A stretch of DNA of 64,000 nt, from positions 21,886,001-21,950,000 of the forward strand of contig NC_043015.1 of assembly GCF_006345805.1 (NCBI RefSeq), written 5' to 3'. The notes beneath the pieces were generated by a model, which did not search any database, was not told the DNA's origin, and saw nothing but the letters and a program-made list of their open reading frames with translations. Below are positions 25,222 through 38,543 of this stretch, one piece after another. How positions within the stretch are numbered: the first letter of the stretch is position 1; the number at the start of each line of letters is the position of its first letter. The position numbers and the translations under genes were made by a program. Source of the stretch: Octopus sinensis. Its lineage: Eukaryota.

Positions 25222-25445
25222 TTTGTCTATGGGGTTTGGTTTAGTGGTTAGGGTACCCAACTCATGACCGTAAGATAATGAGTTCGATTCCTGGTGGCGC
25301 GTTGTGTCCTTGTGCAAGACACTTTATTTCCCGTTGCTCCAGTCCGTCCAGCTGGCAAAAAATGTGTAGTACCAGTGTTTCAAAGGGCCAGCCGTGTCAC
25401 GTTCAACGTCCCTGAGAACTCTGTTAAGAGTACGTGTGTCTGAGA
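25222..25445 (+). mobile_element. Family C-related SINE with variant tRNA head
   Basis: TAGTGGTTAGG..GAGTTCGATTCC; TTTCAAAGGGCCAGCC..GAGAACT..TACGTGTGTCTG. Confidence 0.7.
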
Positions 25446-27157
25446 AATTATAAATAGCTACCGCATAAATGCACACACACACAGACAGATAGACACGCAC
25501 ACACACACACACACACAGACATGCACTCTCTCCCTGTCTCTTTCTCTCTCTCTCTTCTTCTCACAGAGAAGGTTATATATGTAACTGGAAAAAGTATTAG
25601 CAGCATTTTCGCTGGGTAACGAAAAAAAAAACACTGCTTTTTTATGCATAATCCGCTTTCCGAATCATAACAACAAATTGGGCAGAGAGTTTCTCGTCCT
25701 ATTATAAACCTTGATGTTACTTTTTTTATAAGATTCGACTCTTCAGTTAACAGTTCGGTGAAGGTACAGTTATAAATCACTGCATACTTAGCTATTGACG
25801 TTTCATATCACCAGTAAGCGAAGAACAACTTAGCATATAACAGTAAGGTTATATTCAAAATAATATCTTTTGTTTGGGCAAATATCTTTGTATTTTAAAT
25901 TGGTTGGATCAGCGTTATATGTTGATATACTGTAATTATTGGATATTTAGAAATTATTTTAGCTCAACATGAAATCCTAATTAAATCATATTATCGTAAA
26001 TAATGAAAATCTCTACGTGACTACCAGACAAGGGCACCGTTTTCTTTGTTTCGCTATTGGTTTTCGCAAATTAAGTTGTCATAATACAAATCAATTATGA
26101 CAGGTTCTGAACCAGCCAAGGCCAAAACAATAGCAGACTTGTTATAGAGAAGAAGAGTCTTCATAATACATGTTGAAAGAAACGTGTTTTAGATATAATC
26201 TCAAAGCGTGGTCTTACTGTTAATATCAATCTTCACACAATATCTCTAGTAAATGAAATATATTGTATATAGAAATTGCAAACAGTTTAATTCTATGGTG
26301 TTATATATTAACATATCAGTCTCTTAAAATCGCATTGTAAATCAGTTCCTTTGGGACTACATGAGTTCATAATTGGAATGTTTAAGGAAACACTGGAAGG
26401 CCATAAAGGATATTGAAAGAAGATATTACGTCAATTGAACTGTGTCTTGATGTGCTTAATAATAATTGCACAGTTCATCATTATATCTCCTCTACAGAAG
26501 AGTTTAATAAAACTGTATCTATTCATATATTGCCTTTGCATTCTTATATTAATGTCATGAATATTTGTAACGATTTTTATAGTTATTGCTGTTACCAGGT
26601 ATTCCCGGAACGTTTAAGATTTTATCGAATTTGTTTTATGAATTGTGTTTGAGATTCACTGAGATGATCTATCAAATAGCTATACTGGTTGTACAGAGAG
26701 AATCTTTTAGAATAAGAGGCTACAGACGGTTTAGCGTAAGAATGATTAAGATTGTAACTTCGCGTTTCAGCTACTTCCAACATAAAAGAATAAACCATTG
26801 GCAAGAACATGATCAACGTTTTCACTTATACTCACCCAACTGGACTTGAAGATGGAGTATTTCCCCCAACCTCCAGTTTTTAATAAGAATGTTGGTCATA
26901 AGGCAGAAATTGTAGGAAGTCTACATATATATACTTTGTATTAGCATATATCCGTCATTTACTGGGGAACAATCTTGAAACATTTAGTCGAATAAAACAA
27001 ATTCTGAACTTCTTTTTAAACCTGGTACATATTCTATCAGCTTATTGTGCCAAACCATTAAGTTAGCAAAAACGTATACAACACAACACCAGATGTCAAA
27101 CGGTGGTGGGGAACAAACACACAGATGCACATGCACACATATATGTATACATACGTA

Positions 27158-27200
<43 letters not shown>

Positions 27201-27289
27201 TATATATATATACATTTATATATATTTCTTTCTTTCTATTTATATATCTGTGTGTGTATGTATGTGTGTGTGTGTGTGCATATCTATGC

Positions 27290-27655
27290 ACGTTTGTGTA
27301 TCTTTGCGTCAGCCCCTCACAAACGCTTAACGGCTGGTGTTGTTGTATTTACGTTCTCGCAAGATCGTAGTACGGCAAAAAAGACTGATAGAATAAGTAA
27401 CATGACCATTTGTTCAACTAAACCTCTTCAAGGCTGTGCCCCAGCGTGGCCGCAGTCAAATGACTGAAACAAGCAAGCGATACATACACGGCAGACTTTC
27501 AGTTTCTATTTACCAAAGTCATTTACAAGGCATTGGTTGGCCCCGAGGCTGCAGCAGAAAACACTTTTTCAAGGTGTCCTGCAGAGGGACTGAAATCTGA
27601 ACGCTGTGATTGATGAGCATTCTTCATACCACAAACCCACGCTTCTGCCTATATG
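27290..27655. mobile_element. Two family A SINE halves (27290-27476 plus; 27490-27655 minus)
   Basis: Degenerate matches to 53161-53530. Confidence 0.65.
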
Positions 27656-27819
27656 CAAGCATATTCGATTCTGATTTGATAAATATTTGGCAACTATATG
27701 GATGAGGTAGAATATAATCTCCCATCATTGGGGGCTGATGTTATCTTTAAGTTCCATATGAACTTCTATTAATCAACCTTATGATGAAGAGCATTGCAGT
27801 CTGATCACGCCTAGGTCCA

Positions 27820-29122
27820 CGAGGTAGTATCAAAAAGTTCCCGGACAAGTTCTGTTGCGCGCCAACAGATGGCAGTACATGGGTGAATGCACAGTGGGAG
27901 CTAGCAGCGACCTTCATGAGGCTGAGTGCCGAGTGAGCAGTAATGTGATTACTTCGTAAGTTCTGCAATTTGTCATTTTGTGATCTTGTGTATAAAATAG
28001 TCTGCGATTTTGTCATATACAGGAAGATGAATTAAAGACCCAACGTGGAATTTTGCGTTTATCTTGGAACATCTTCTACAGAGATATTGAGTATGCTTCG
28101 GCAAGCTTACGGCACGAGGTAATGAGTCGTATGCAATGAGTAGCACGGGTGCTTCAAAAGTGGAAGAACGTCCCTAGAAGACGACGAGCGATCTGGAAGA
28201 CCTTCCACGTGAGTCACCCACGGAAATGTGGGGAAAAGTCAACAGATGAAGAAGATCGTTGGAGGACAATGAACAACATAGCTGATGTTGGTGTGTCATA
28301 TGAGTTTGTGCAAGCAATACTAACGTCTGAATTGAACAAGCGTGTCTTTGCCAAGTTGGTCCCTCATATGTTAACCACTGAGCAGAAAAAAAGAAAACAT
28401 CACGTAGAAGTCTGTCAAGCTCTTCGTCGGTGTGCCGCTAATGACGTATTCTTCATTTCGCGGATCATCACTGGTGACGAGTGTTGTGTCTACGGGTACG
28501 ACCCTGAGAGGAATCTGCAGTCGTCACAATGGAAGGGACCGTCATCTCCACGACCTAAGAAGGCACCAGAAAGTCGCATCTCAATGAAGAGCATGCTCAT
28601 CATTTTAATTTTTCGATATCCGCGGTATTATGCATCGAGAATTCGTCCCCAGACATTCTATCAATCTAGAGTTTAACGTTTTGAAGCGTTTGAGGGTGGA
28701 CATTTGTCGAAAGTGACCAGAACTGTTGAGTGCGAAGAATCGGATTCTTGACGATAATGCATGCTGTCTCCTAGCTCTCTTCACTCGTGCGTTTCTCGCA
28801 AAAAATAACAGAGAATCGCCTCCACACCCTCCCCATTCGCCAGATTTAGCACCTGCAGACATCGATCTCTTCCCCACGATGAAAAGTTGTCTCAAATGTC
28901 GCTGTTTTTATACCATTGTGGAGATCAAAAGCCAATCCAAGAATGTCCTCGACTCGCGTAAGGAAAACTCTTAAAGACCAGATTCCAAAAATGGTAGGAA
29001 CGCTGGGACCGGTATAGTGCTGTGCAAGATAACTGTTTCGAAGGCGACTATACTAAAACTTAGGTAATCAAGTTATTTTCTATTAAACATAACTAGTCCG
29101 GGAAAGTTTTGATACTTGCACT
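27820..29122 (+). mobile_element. Full-length decayed mariner (DD34D)
   Basis: TIRs GTAGTATCAAAAAGTTCCCGGAC / GTCCGGGAAAGTTTTGATAC; ITGDECCVYGYDPE, DDNA and HPPHSPDLAPAD motifs with stops and frameshifts. Confidence 0.9.
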
Positions 29123-29139
29123 ATTATGTGAACGCGTGT

Positions 29140-29432
29140 ATCTTATTGGTTCGAGCATTGCCCTCACGGTTGTGAGTTCGTTTCCCGGCGGTGCTTTGAT
29201 TCTTTGAACAAGACACACTATTCCACGTTGCTTCAATCCACACGGCTGGCAAAACTGTATCTGCAATTCAAAGGGCCAGCCTTGTTACTTTCTGTGTCAA
29301 GCTGAATCTCCCTAAGTTTACGTGCTAGGGGTACGCATTTCTGCGGAGTTCTTGCACGCTAATCTTACGAGCAGGATCTTCTGTTAATCGGATTAACTGC
29401 AACACTCGTCTTTGTAACTGACGGGGTGCCAG
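29140..29432 (+). mobile_element. Family C-related SINE, degenerate
   Basis: GTGAGTTCGTTTCCC head; CAAAGGGCCAGCCTTG..CTGAATCTCCC..GTAACTGACGGGGTGCCA end. Confidence 0.7.
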
Positions 29433-29934
29433 TCTATGTAATGTTGGATACTGTATCTTCTCTACAAGAAAGAATATGATCTATATTGCTGTTTAATTGA
29501 ATTAAGATCTATATTGCTGTTTACATTATATTTCCAGCATTCATTTAATGACACAAATATATGTGAGCGAATTAAAGACGATTGTGTAACAGGTGTTTAA
29601 TTAATCGATTCCCGTCTTATTAAAAAAAAGCAAATCAATGTCAACATATCTCGAAATAGGAGCTTAAGTGCTTTCAATTTTGCTGAACCAATTTCCATCC
29701 ACAGCTTTCTACATAATGGCTCAGTGAGGTGAGGAAGACGCAATCTATATTTTATAAGATCTCGTACGAAATTAATCCTCTGGTCGAATGTTTGCAATAG
29801 TTTTTTTTATCGTTTTAATTGTTCCTGAAATTGCACTGTGGCCGAGCTGGGGTATCACTTATATTGTTGTAGTTGAACCATACGAATACAGTACATAAAA
29901 AATATGGTTAGCATTTATATTTTCGTTCTGTTTT

Positions 29935-30210
29935 ATGGAATCACTAAGTTAGAGGGACATAAACATACCAACACTGATTAGCAAGTTATGGTGGTGGAAC
30001 AATCACAAATTCAAAGAGTCACACACACGTAATCACAGATTTACATATATTATAGTTTTGGACTTAGGTTCCGTTTCCGTCAACCAAATTCATTCTCAAG
30101 GGACAAGAGAGCCGGGGTCATAATAAACGACACTCAAGTGCTACGCTGGGGAACTAACCCGGAAATCACTTGTTTGCAAAGTGAGCTTTTCACGCACACA
30201 GCCTGTGCCT
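29935..30210 (-). mobile_element. Family A SINE, degenerate
   Basis: CTAAGTTAGAGGGACATAAAC..TTCCGTTTCCGTCAACCAAATTCA. Confidence 0.6.
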
Positions 30211-30214
30211 AGAA

Positions 30215-31110
30215 TTGATTTTACTAAAGGCACGCAACAACCAGAGGATGATGTTGGAATGAACAATAGTCAATGGTCTATTTCTGGAATGTCCATCTAA
30301 TTCAGCTGTCCTGAAAATATAGCAAACACACATGCCTATATGCTGCGTTGTGGGAAAGGTCACAAAGCGAACTACTTAACAACAGGGTCATGTAATCTGT
30401 ACTAAATTCTTGTTTTCTGTTATGTGAACATCGATAATAAAATCTAGTAAATGAAATACAATTCTCTGACGTATCGGTTTTTTTGTTGTGCTTTTGGTAA
30501 CATAAATCTAAATAATCTGGCTTAAAATTAGAATTAAATTCACCTAACCGTTTTGTATTCCTTTCTGTGTAACTGTTGCTAAATGACGCACCATGTGCCA
30601 CTCCAACCCATAATGCATCAATTACAGGAAGAAGATCATCAATATTCAGGAATATGGATTGAAATAATTTAGCATTTACATTATCGGAATTCATTTTAGT
30701 TCTAATAAAGTAATCATCGCAGCAAGCTACCTGATCAATTCTCTTGTTCTTTTCCTTCTTATTTCTTTGTATTGCTTCCTTGCAAAAATCCTGACATTGC
30801 AGAAAGATTTTGTTAAATTAAAGAACTATTATGATGTTTCCTTCTTTCGCTCTTCACGCAACTCAGTTTGAGTTATGTCAGTTGTAATTTCCCCTTATTT
30901 TTCTCTCTTCAATACAAACTCAACAAGACTTTTCGGTCTGTTAATCGATTTGATGGAGGATAATTTAGCGCACCATGTGGTACAATTAGAGCTTCATTGT
31001 ACAATTAATGGGAAGATTTTTTTTCTCTCTACTCTTATATGTTTCTATTTCCATCGCTGCATTGATATTAGCAAGACTGTTAAGTTAGATTTTTTTCTGA
31101 CCAATAATCG
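30215..31110 (-). pseudogene. Possible second rhodopsin-class GPCR relic, TM3-TM7
   Basis: SNLTVLLISMQRW..FPL..CTTWCAKL..RPKSLVEF..LFQSIFLNI..LLPVIDALWVGVAH..DYMTLLL/VVRFVTFP..IVHSNIILWL with stops and a frameshift. Confidence 0.3.
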
Positions 31111-32854
31111 GCTGTAATTGTTTGAAATTCTAGTCATTCATTTTAATTTTTATTTATTTTTTCTTAAGGGGATTTCACATATTGATACGAAATACTATTC
31201 TTACAGAGTCTGTAGGATATCATTCAGGCTATCAACCATTGCAATATGCTGTGGTTCTGGATTAGATAATTTTTATTTTAGATTCATATGTCGCATTTAT
31301 AAATAAATGCAATATGTAAGCAGAGAAATTACGGGGCGCTAAGGACTTAGTTCCTATGACCCAGATAATCTTGGACAAAAAACAAAAACTTTAATACAAA
31401 ACATACCAGTCATTAGCATATCTATGCATGACTATCCCTACGATGCATTCTATTTAAAAAGATACCAAAAACATATCAACCAGGACTATACTGCAAACTC
31501 TGTGACAACGGTTGAGTTCCACGCGTTCCCAGATTTAAATATATCATACATACGGAAGAATATTATACGCTAAAGGGATCACAAGTAAAGTTAGACAAAT
31601 AGAATTATTTTCTGAAGACATTACTAAAGAAAATATCACTATATGTGTGTGCGCGTATATTTTCAAGTTAAGTAACCACAGATGTGAGTTGAAATCTGTG
31701 GTGCGACAGCTCGGAAATTCAAAGCGACTATGTAAACGTCATTCAGTTAAGGTATACTCGGTCTCATGATTAACTACGTTGAATACCCCCGTCGAGTAAT
31801 TATTTCGTCAGCCCATTGGCTGGCTGAGAAACGTATGTAGCCTACATTTTTTCCCGTTCTGCTTCGTCAATTTGAATTTGAATTCGCGTTTGTAGCGAAT
31901 CTAGTCGCTAAACGTGAGCAATACAGGAACGTTCAGATTATCCAATTTCCTCATAACTTCGATATGGGAAAGCCTTTGAATCCAATAAAGGTTATTGCTC
32001 CCGATCGTACCCTGTATACCTTTTGTTTTCTATACCTCCCACACGGACTGCTTGCTGCTTACAAATCTCCTATATTTGGATCCCTGTATCTTACCCATAT
32101 GTATGCGTGTGTGTTTGTGTGTTTGTGTATCTGCATGTGTATGCGGATGTGTGTGTGTGTGTGTGCGTGTAAGTATATCTACTAAAATAAATCGACGCGC
32201 GCACACACACATACATACACACATTTCACGCACACATACACACATACACACATAGGTGAGATTCAAAGATCGAGGTGCAGGGAAAAAGGGAGCTTCAAGT
32301 AATCGGTATCTTATTTTTTTTAAATCAGTAACCATAGTGGTTTATTGGTGCGGAAGGTTGTAGATTTTTCCCGCATCGAAGTACAATAATCTCTAAAAAA
32401 AATCTATGAGTAAAAGAATGGAGTAAATAAATTTCAGGTTACGTATGTTTCACGGTAAGCGAACCCTCGGAAGTAGTAAATATCCAAGCATGGTGTATAC
32501 CGCAGGTTATTCTTCAGGCCAACGGTATCTTGATTCTCTGAAGTTTACTTTGTCGTTCGCTTGAATGGTAGCAAGCTGTATACACATTGATTTGATATTT
32601 ACTATTTCCGAGGTTCCGCTCGCTATGAATCGTATGTAGTCTGTTTTTCATCTACTCAATTCCTAAACTTTTGTATATATATATGAATGGACAAAAGAAC
32701 GGAAGAAGGTGGTATTCAACGCCTTTAGCATAAGTTACATATATTATTGTCTTAAGCAATTTGAACCGACCCCCATGATGATTTCAGTTTCCTAGGCAAC
32801 CTGCAGAAACCTGCACGGGGGCGAATAAAACTGTTTTAAATAATAAGAATTTCA

Positions 32855-33040
32855 AATATTGCCGCAAGGACATTAATTTTGTGAGAGGGGTAAATCGGCT
32901 AAATCCGCCCTAGTGACCAACTGGTACTTAATTTATCGACCCAGAAAGGATGAAAGACAAAGTTGACTTCGACTGAATTTGAACTCAGAAAGTAAAGACG
33001 GACGAAATGCTGCTGTGAATTTTGACAGGCTCCCTACTGT
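32855..33040 (-). mobile_element. Family B SINE
   Basis: ACTGGTACTTAATTTATCGACCCAGAAAGGATGAAAGACAAAGTTGAC..AATTTGAACTCAGAA. Confidence 0.85.
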
Positions 33041-33060
33041 TTTAAATAATAATATATAAA

Positions 33061-33223
33061 CGCAAGCGTGGCTGTGTGGTAAAAAAGTATGTTTCGTACC
33101 CGCATGATCCCGAGTTCAATCCCACTGCGTTTTTTGTTGGGCAAATGTCTTCTAATATAGTTGCGGGCCGACTAAGGACTTATGGGTGTATTTGGTAGAT
33201 CGAAACTGAATGAATCTCAAATG

Positions 33224-33225
<2 letters not shown>
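33061..33225 (+). mobile_element. Family A SINE, 5' half
   Basis: GCGTGGCTGTGTGGTAA A box; GAGTTCAATCCC B box; TTTGGTAGATCGAAACTGA. Confidence 0.8.
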
Positions 33226-33254
<29 letters not shown>

Positions 33255-34227
33255 GTAACTGAGATGCAGTTGAATTTGGTACTTCAGCTGAAATCAAACT
33301 CCTTCTTAGCTACAATAGCGACAGCATGAATTTCTTCCATCTTGCTTATTTTTCTTACTTTTTTTTATTTTATCTAGTTTCAGCTCATGAGCTGTGGCCA
33401 TGCTGGGGCACCGCCATTAAATATTTTGTGGAAAAAATTGTCAGCAGCCAGCCATGAGACGCGAACTCATATCCCTGTGATTATTGGTCAAGTACTTTAC
33501 CAATTAAGCTAAACTGCCCACTGACTGTTAAAATATTTGAGAAAAATTGTATTGATGTGCCCTACTTGTTAAAATACTAAGTATTTATTTGTGCAGCTGA
33601 AGATGGCACTGCTTTTAAATTGATGTCATGACTGCAATGTTCAATTAAAGGAGGCCACTTGAAACGGTCATACTGAATCATTATTTGGTATCCTGTTGCT
33701 TATTTTGATTTGATATACATAGCCCCGAATTTAAGAACCTATGACTAAATATAAGACCATGGATTTAACAAACTCTCTTCTCTTCTATTCCCATACTGAT
33801 ACATTGAATTATGGACCTCACTAAAATGTGAGACTGTTGAATTAACGAAAATTTTCCCTTATTCCTTTCCTTTCCTTCTATTTTTCTTTCTGTATTTCCT
33901 TATATTTATCTTTGCCATACACTCATTCTGAAGATGTTTATCAATTGTAACCAGGTAAATGCAAATTTACCCCATTCTGATAACTAGCCGTAAACATACT
34001 CTCATCTTAATTAAATAATGACTTCAAAACACCAATGATCCACTTCTCATTGTTAATTATTGCTCCATTTCTTATCATCTTTATATATATTAAACCAGGG
34101 TTTTACCTTTTAAGTTACCTACTACCGTATACCTTTTAACAAGAACCATACGTACTGAGGTAATACCAGAAGTGCCAATGGATACATCTATCCCTTAGAG
34201 AGTTACATTACCTCTAACTTATATCTT

Positions 34228-34327
<100 letters not shown>

Positions 34328-34505
34328 GGCTTAGTAAAATAAATTACTTTGCCGCATACTGAACTCATTAGAAATAGCAGCTAAAAAAACTTTTTTAAAA
34401 CTATTTCTAATACTTAAAGAAAACCTCTCTCATATAGTGTTTGCTCAATTCAACTCACGAAAATATGGGGGTATAGACATTAAAAAATCAAGTGCAAAGG
34501 TTATT

Positions 34506-34558
34506 TGAGAACGTACGTTTCAAGATTAGTCAAACTCGACATTTCTATCATCAGCTCA
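34506..34558 (-). ncRNA. Type I hammerhead motif, array copy 1
   Basis: TGAG CTGATGA TAGAAATGTCGAGTTTGACTAATCTT GAAAC GTAC GTT CTCA. Confidence 0.65.
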
Positions 34559-35063
34559 GAACTCCCTGGTTTGGATTTGAAAACACTGAAAGTGGGAGCA
34601 TACCCTTTCGGCTTCTTATCGCTTCTGAAGATCTGCTCGTAACTAACAGTGCCAACAAACTCAAAAATGCAAGCGAAGAATTTCTGCTCTCCCCTTTCCA
34701 CCAGCGTGGGCTAAAATCAGCAAACACTATGCTTTTTTCGGTAAAATCCGAGGCATTATATAGAGAGAGATGAATTATAATTTCAACAATTGAGGGTAAA
34801 ATTAATTAATTAATCAATTTCACCAAGTATTCAGTATGCAAAGGGACCATTTAAGGCGAATTCAAATTATTACATTATATAAAAGGGCTTAGTAAAATAA
34901 ATTACTTTGCCGCATACTGAACTCATTAGAAATAGCAGCTAAAAAAACTTTTTTAAAACTATTTCTAATACTTAAAGAAAACCTCTCTCATATAGTGTTT
35001 GCTCAATTCAACTCACGAAAATATGGGGGTAGAGACATTAAAAAATCAAGTGCAAAGGTTATT

Positions 35064-35116
35064 TGAGAACGTACGTTTCAAGATTAGTCAAACTCGACAT
35101 TTCTATCATCAGCTCA
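35064..35116 (-). ncRNA. Type I hammerhead motif, array copy 2
   Basis: Same sequence as copy 1. Confidence 0.65.
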
Positions 35117-35601
35117 GAACTCCTGGTTGGATTTGAAAACACTGAAAGTGGGAGCATACCCTTTCGGCTTCTTATCGCTTCTGAAGATCTGCTCGTAACT
35201 AACAGTGCCAACAAACTAAAAAATGCAAGCGAAGAATTTCTGCTCTCCCCTTTCCACCAGCGTGGGCTAAAATCAGCAAACACTATGCTTTTTTCGGTAA
35301 AATCCGAGGCATTATATAGAGAGAGATGAATTATAATTTCAACAATTGAGGGTAAAATTAATTAATTAATCAATTTCACCAAGTATTCAGTATGCAAAAG
35401 GACCATTTAAGGCGAATTCAAATTATTACATTATATAAAAGGGCTTAGTAAAATAAATTACTTTGCCGCATATTGAACTCATTAGAAATAGCAGCTAAAA
35501 AAACTTTTTTAAAACTATTTCTAATACTTAAAGAAAACCTTAAAGAAGCCGAAAGGGTATGCTCCCACTTTCAGTGTTTTCAAATCCAAACCAGGGAGTT
35601 C

Positions 35602-35654
35602 TGAGCTGATGATAGAAATGTCGAGTTTGACTAATCTTGAAACGTACGTTCTCA
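35602..35654 (+). ncRNA. Type I hammerhead motif, array copy 3
   Basis: Same sequence, in the inverted arm. Confidence 0.65.
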
Positions 35655-36155
35655 AATAACCTTTGCACTTGATTTTTTAATGTCTCTACCCCCATATTTT
35701 CGTGAGTTGAATTGAGCAAACACTATATGAGAGAGGTTTTCTTTAAGTATTAGAAATAGTTTTAAAAAAGTTTTTTTTAGCTGCTATTTCTAATGAGTTC
35801 AGTATGCGGCAAAGTAATTTATTTTACTAAGCCTTTTATATAATGTAATAATTTGAATTCGCCTTAATGGTCCTTTGCATACTGAATACTTGGTGAAATT
35901 GATAATTAATTAATTTTACCCTCAATTGTTGAAATTATAATCATCTCTCTCTATATAATGCCTCGGATTTTACCGAAAAAAGCATAGTGTTTGCTGATTT
36001 TAGCCCCCGCCGGTGGAAAGGGGAGAGCAGAAATTCTTCGCTTGCATTTTTGAGTTTGTTGGCACTGTTAGTTACGAGCAGATCTTCAGAAGCGATAAGA
36101 AGCCGAAAGGGTATGCTCCCACTTTCAGTGTTTTCAAATCCAAACCAGGGAGTTC

Positions 36156-36208
36156 TGAGCTGATGATAGAAATGTCGAGTTTGACTAATCTTGAAACGTA
36201 CGTTCTCA
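36156..36208 (+). ncRNA. Type I hammerhead motif, array copy 4
   Basis: Same sequence, 554 bp downstream of copy 3. Confidence 0.65.
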
Positions 36209-36489
36209 AATAACCTTTGCACTTGATTTTTTAATGTCTCTACCCCCATATTTTCGTGAGTTGAATTGAGCAAACACTATATGAGAGAGGTTTTCTTTAA
36301 GTATTAGAAATAGTTTTAAAAAAGTTTTTTTTAGCTGCTATTTCTAATGAGTTCAGTATGCGGCAAAGTAATTTATTTTACTAAGCCTTTTTATATAATG
36401 TAATAATTTGAATTCGCCTTAAATGGTCCCTTTGCATACTGAATACTTGGTGAAATTGATTAATTAATTAATTTTACCCTCAATTGTTG

Positions 36490-36529
<40 letters not shown>

Positions 36530-37872
36530 AGATTATATTAATTTCTACCCTTATTTAATTATAATTTATACGCACACAAACATGCACACACACACACAGA
36601 GGCTAGGCTTTAAAAGGGCACATTTATATATATACACACATATATAGATATGCACATACACGAACACATACACATGCTCTGACAACGGTCGGTGGAAGGA
36701 TATCTTCTTCATGTCTTCATTTCTTTCTGTGTAAAATAGTACCAGCAGCTTGCATGTCCATGTTGACCGGTTACATAATTGAGTGATGATTTGCCTTCAT
36801 TAACACTGACCATGTTCGAAGCACTTTGGCTCTCCTGAGGTATTCCATCCTTCTATAGCCCTTGCTTTTTATCCTGCAAATTGTCCGCATTGCACCCTCC
36901 TTAAGAAGCAAGTTTGTTAGGGTCTTCAATTTTGTCCGCGATGACTGATCGTGCAACCAGTAATTTGTAATCAACTTCAACATTTAAATCTCGTTTTTCT
37001 TTACGATTTAAAAAATAAACCAAGTAATATATCTGTCATCCAAAATAGCTATCTTGAATTTATGTTAATTTTATTCTAATATTTCGACGGGAGTTAATAT
37101 AATTTGTTTGTTTTGTTGCTCCGGTTGCGGTAAAGTAAAATTCGATTAGATCTAATTTCATATTTTTCTATGATTGTATGAGCAGATAAAGAAATAATTA
37201 CCAAATATTTGCCTTCGTAGATGTTTATTAGTTTCGTACTATGTCAGGTAATCCTGTTATTCAAGGAATTAAATATTTAGTTTTCATATTAATCTTTTTT
37301 ATCCTTCCTTCCCAAGTTTCTGGTGTCTTCGTACAGTTGTGATAATCCTCTTATAACATCGATGCAGCACTGATTCTGTACATCTTAAGAGCATAATTTT
37401 ATTGATAAAAACTAGCGTAAACGTCCATCCTTCCATCTTCTCCGACCAATGTTCCAAGGAGTGTCATGTGGGTAGAGTCTTCAGGCATTTTCTCCAAATG
37501 GTCCTATCAAACTATGAATTTATTATCTAACTATCTCTTTCTTGGTTTAACCCTCGGTATCCTTCCAGTTGGTTAGGCTACAAAATAATCATATCAATAC
37601 TTATTTCTTCGTAAATATAACCTACTTCCATATTTACTTATTTTGCAAATATTAAGGCATCAATATTTTAGTGTGGAAAAAAACTGAAACCTCATAAGAT
37701 TTCTCTATATTAATTCTGCAAAAGTTTCAGTCTTCTTTTTTATCCTCAGTATTTATGTTACTTATATTTCATCTCATTAATTAAAAACTGTCCTTATTGA
37801 TAATGTATTAAATATTTAATGTGGCCCTCAAGTGTAATACCGAAAATATGATTAATATATGATATATACGAG

Positions 37873-38275
37873 CGCAGGCATGGCTGCATGTTTAGGAAGT
37901 ACGGTTTGCAATCATATGCTTTCGGTTTGAATCGCATTGCGAGGAACTTTGGTCAAGAAATTTTTGCTAAGGTTCCTTGTGAGTGAATATGGTTGTCATG
38001 CATACAGCGTGAAAGCTCGTCGTATGTTGACGACGCACGCACACAAACGCACACAAACATGTGTATGAATGTATATTAGGTATATGCGTGTGTAAAGTTT
38101 TGTTCTTGCCTTTGTTACACGACCACTTGGTGAAAGATGTATTAACATCCCAATAGGAAAGTGCTTCAGTAAGGAGAAGGAGATAATAAGTATCAGTTTT
38201 AGAACGAAACACTGTCGTCTATTTATTCGACGAATGTAGCATGGCCGCAGACCATTGACTGAAACTCATCAAAGA
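37873..38275 (+). mobile_element. Family A SINE, degenerate near-full-length
   Basis: GCAGGCATGGCTG head through GCATGGCCGCAGACCATTGACTGAAAC end. Confidence 0.65.
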
Positions 38276-38459
38276 ATTATAAAACCATTGCTACGTAATG
38301 GTTTGTTTCCTGCAAAGCGATTTCTCGTTATTGATTAATGACTTAGTCAAGTGTAGAAGGGTAGCAACTGTGAAATATTTTAGATGAGAGGAAAAGACAA
38401 CGTTTCTCTTCAAACGAGCAACTAGAAGAACCATCCGGGCATTGACTAAAATGCCTCAC

Positions 38460-38543
38460 CATATGTGTTCAGAATCTCTACCCATTGAGTTCAATCCAGA
38501 GCAATCCATTGACTTCAATATTTCTCTCGTGGATGTTGGGTGT
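38460..38543 (-). CDS. Candidate 84-nt internal exon of an unidentified gene
   Basis: Pyrimidine-rich tract then TATTAG acceptor, GTGAG donor, open phase 2-2 frame HPTSTREILKSMDCSGLNSMGRDSEHI. Confidence 0.25.

Noticed and set aside
26400-26900. Hydrophobic ORF pieces vaguely GPCR-like
   Set aside because: Motif order is inconsistent between frames.
31790-31835. TCAGCC/GGCTGA stem followed by GAAACGTATGTA
   Set aside because: No correctly placed core upstream.
34492-36273. Repeated 66-110 aa ORFs in the array
   Set aside because: Present on both strands, no motifs, differing starts and indels between copies. The array is also not CRISPR: it has no short repeats with unique spacers.
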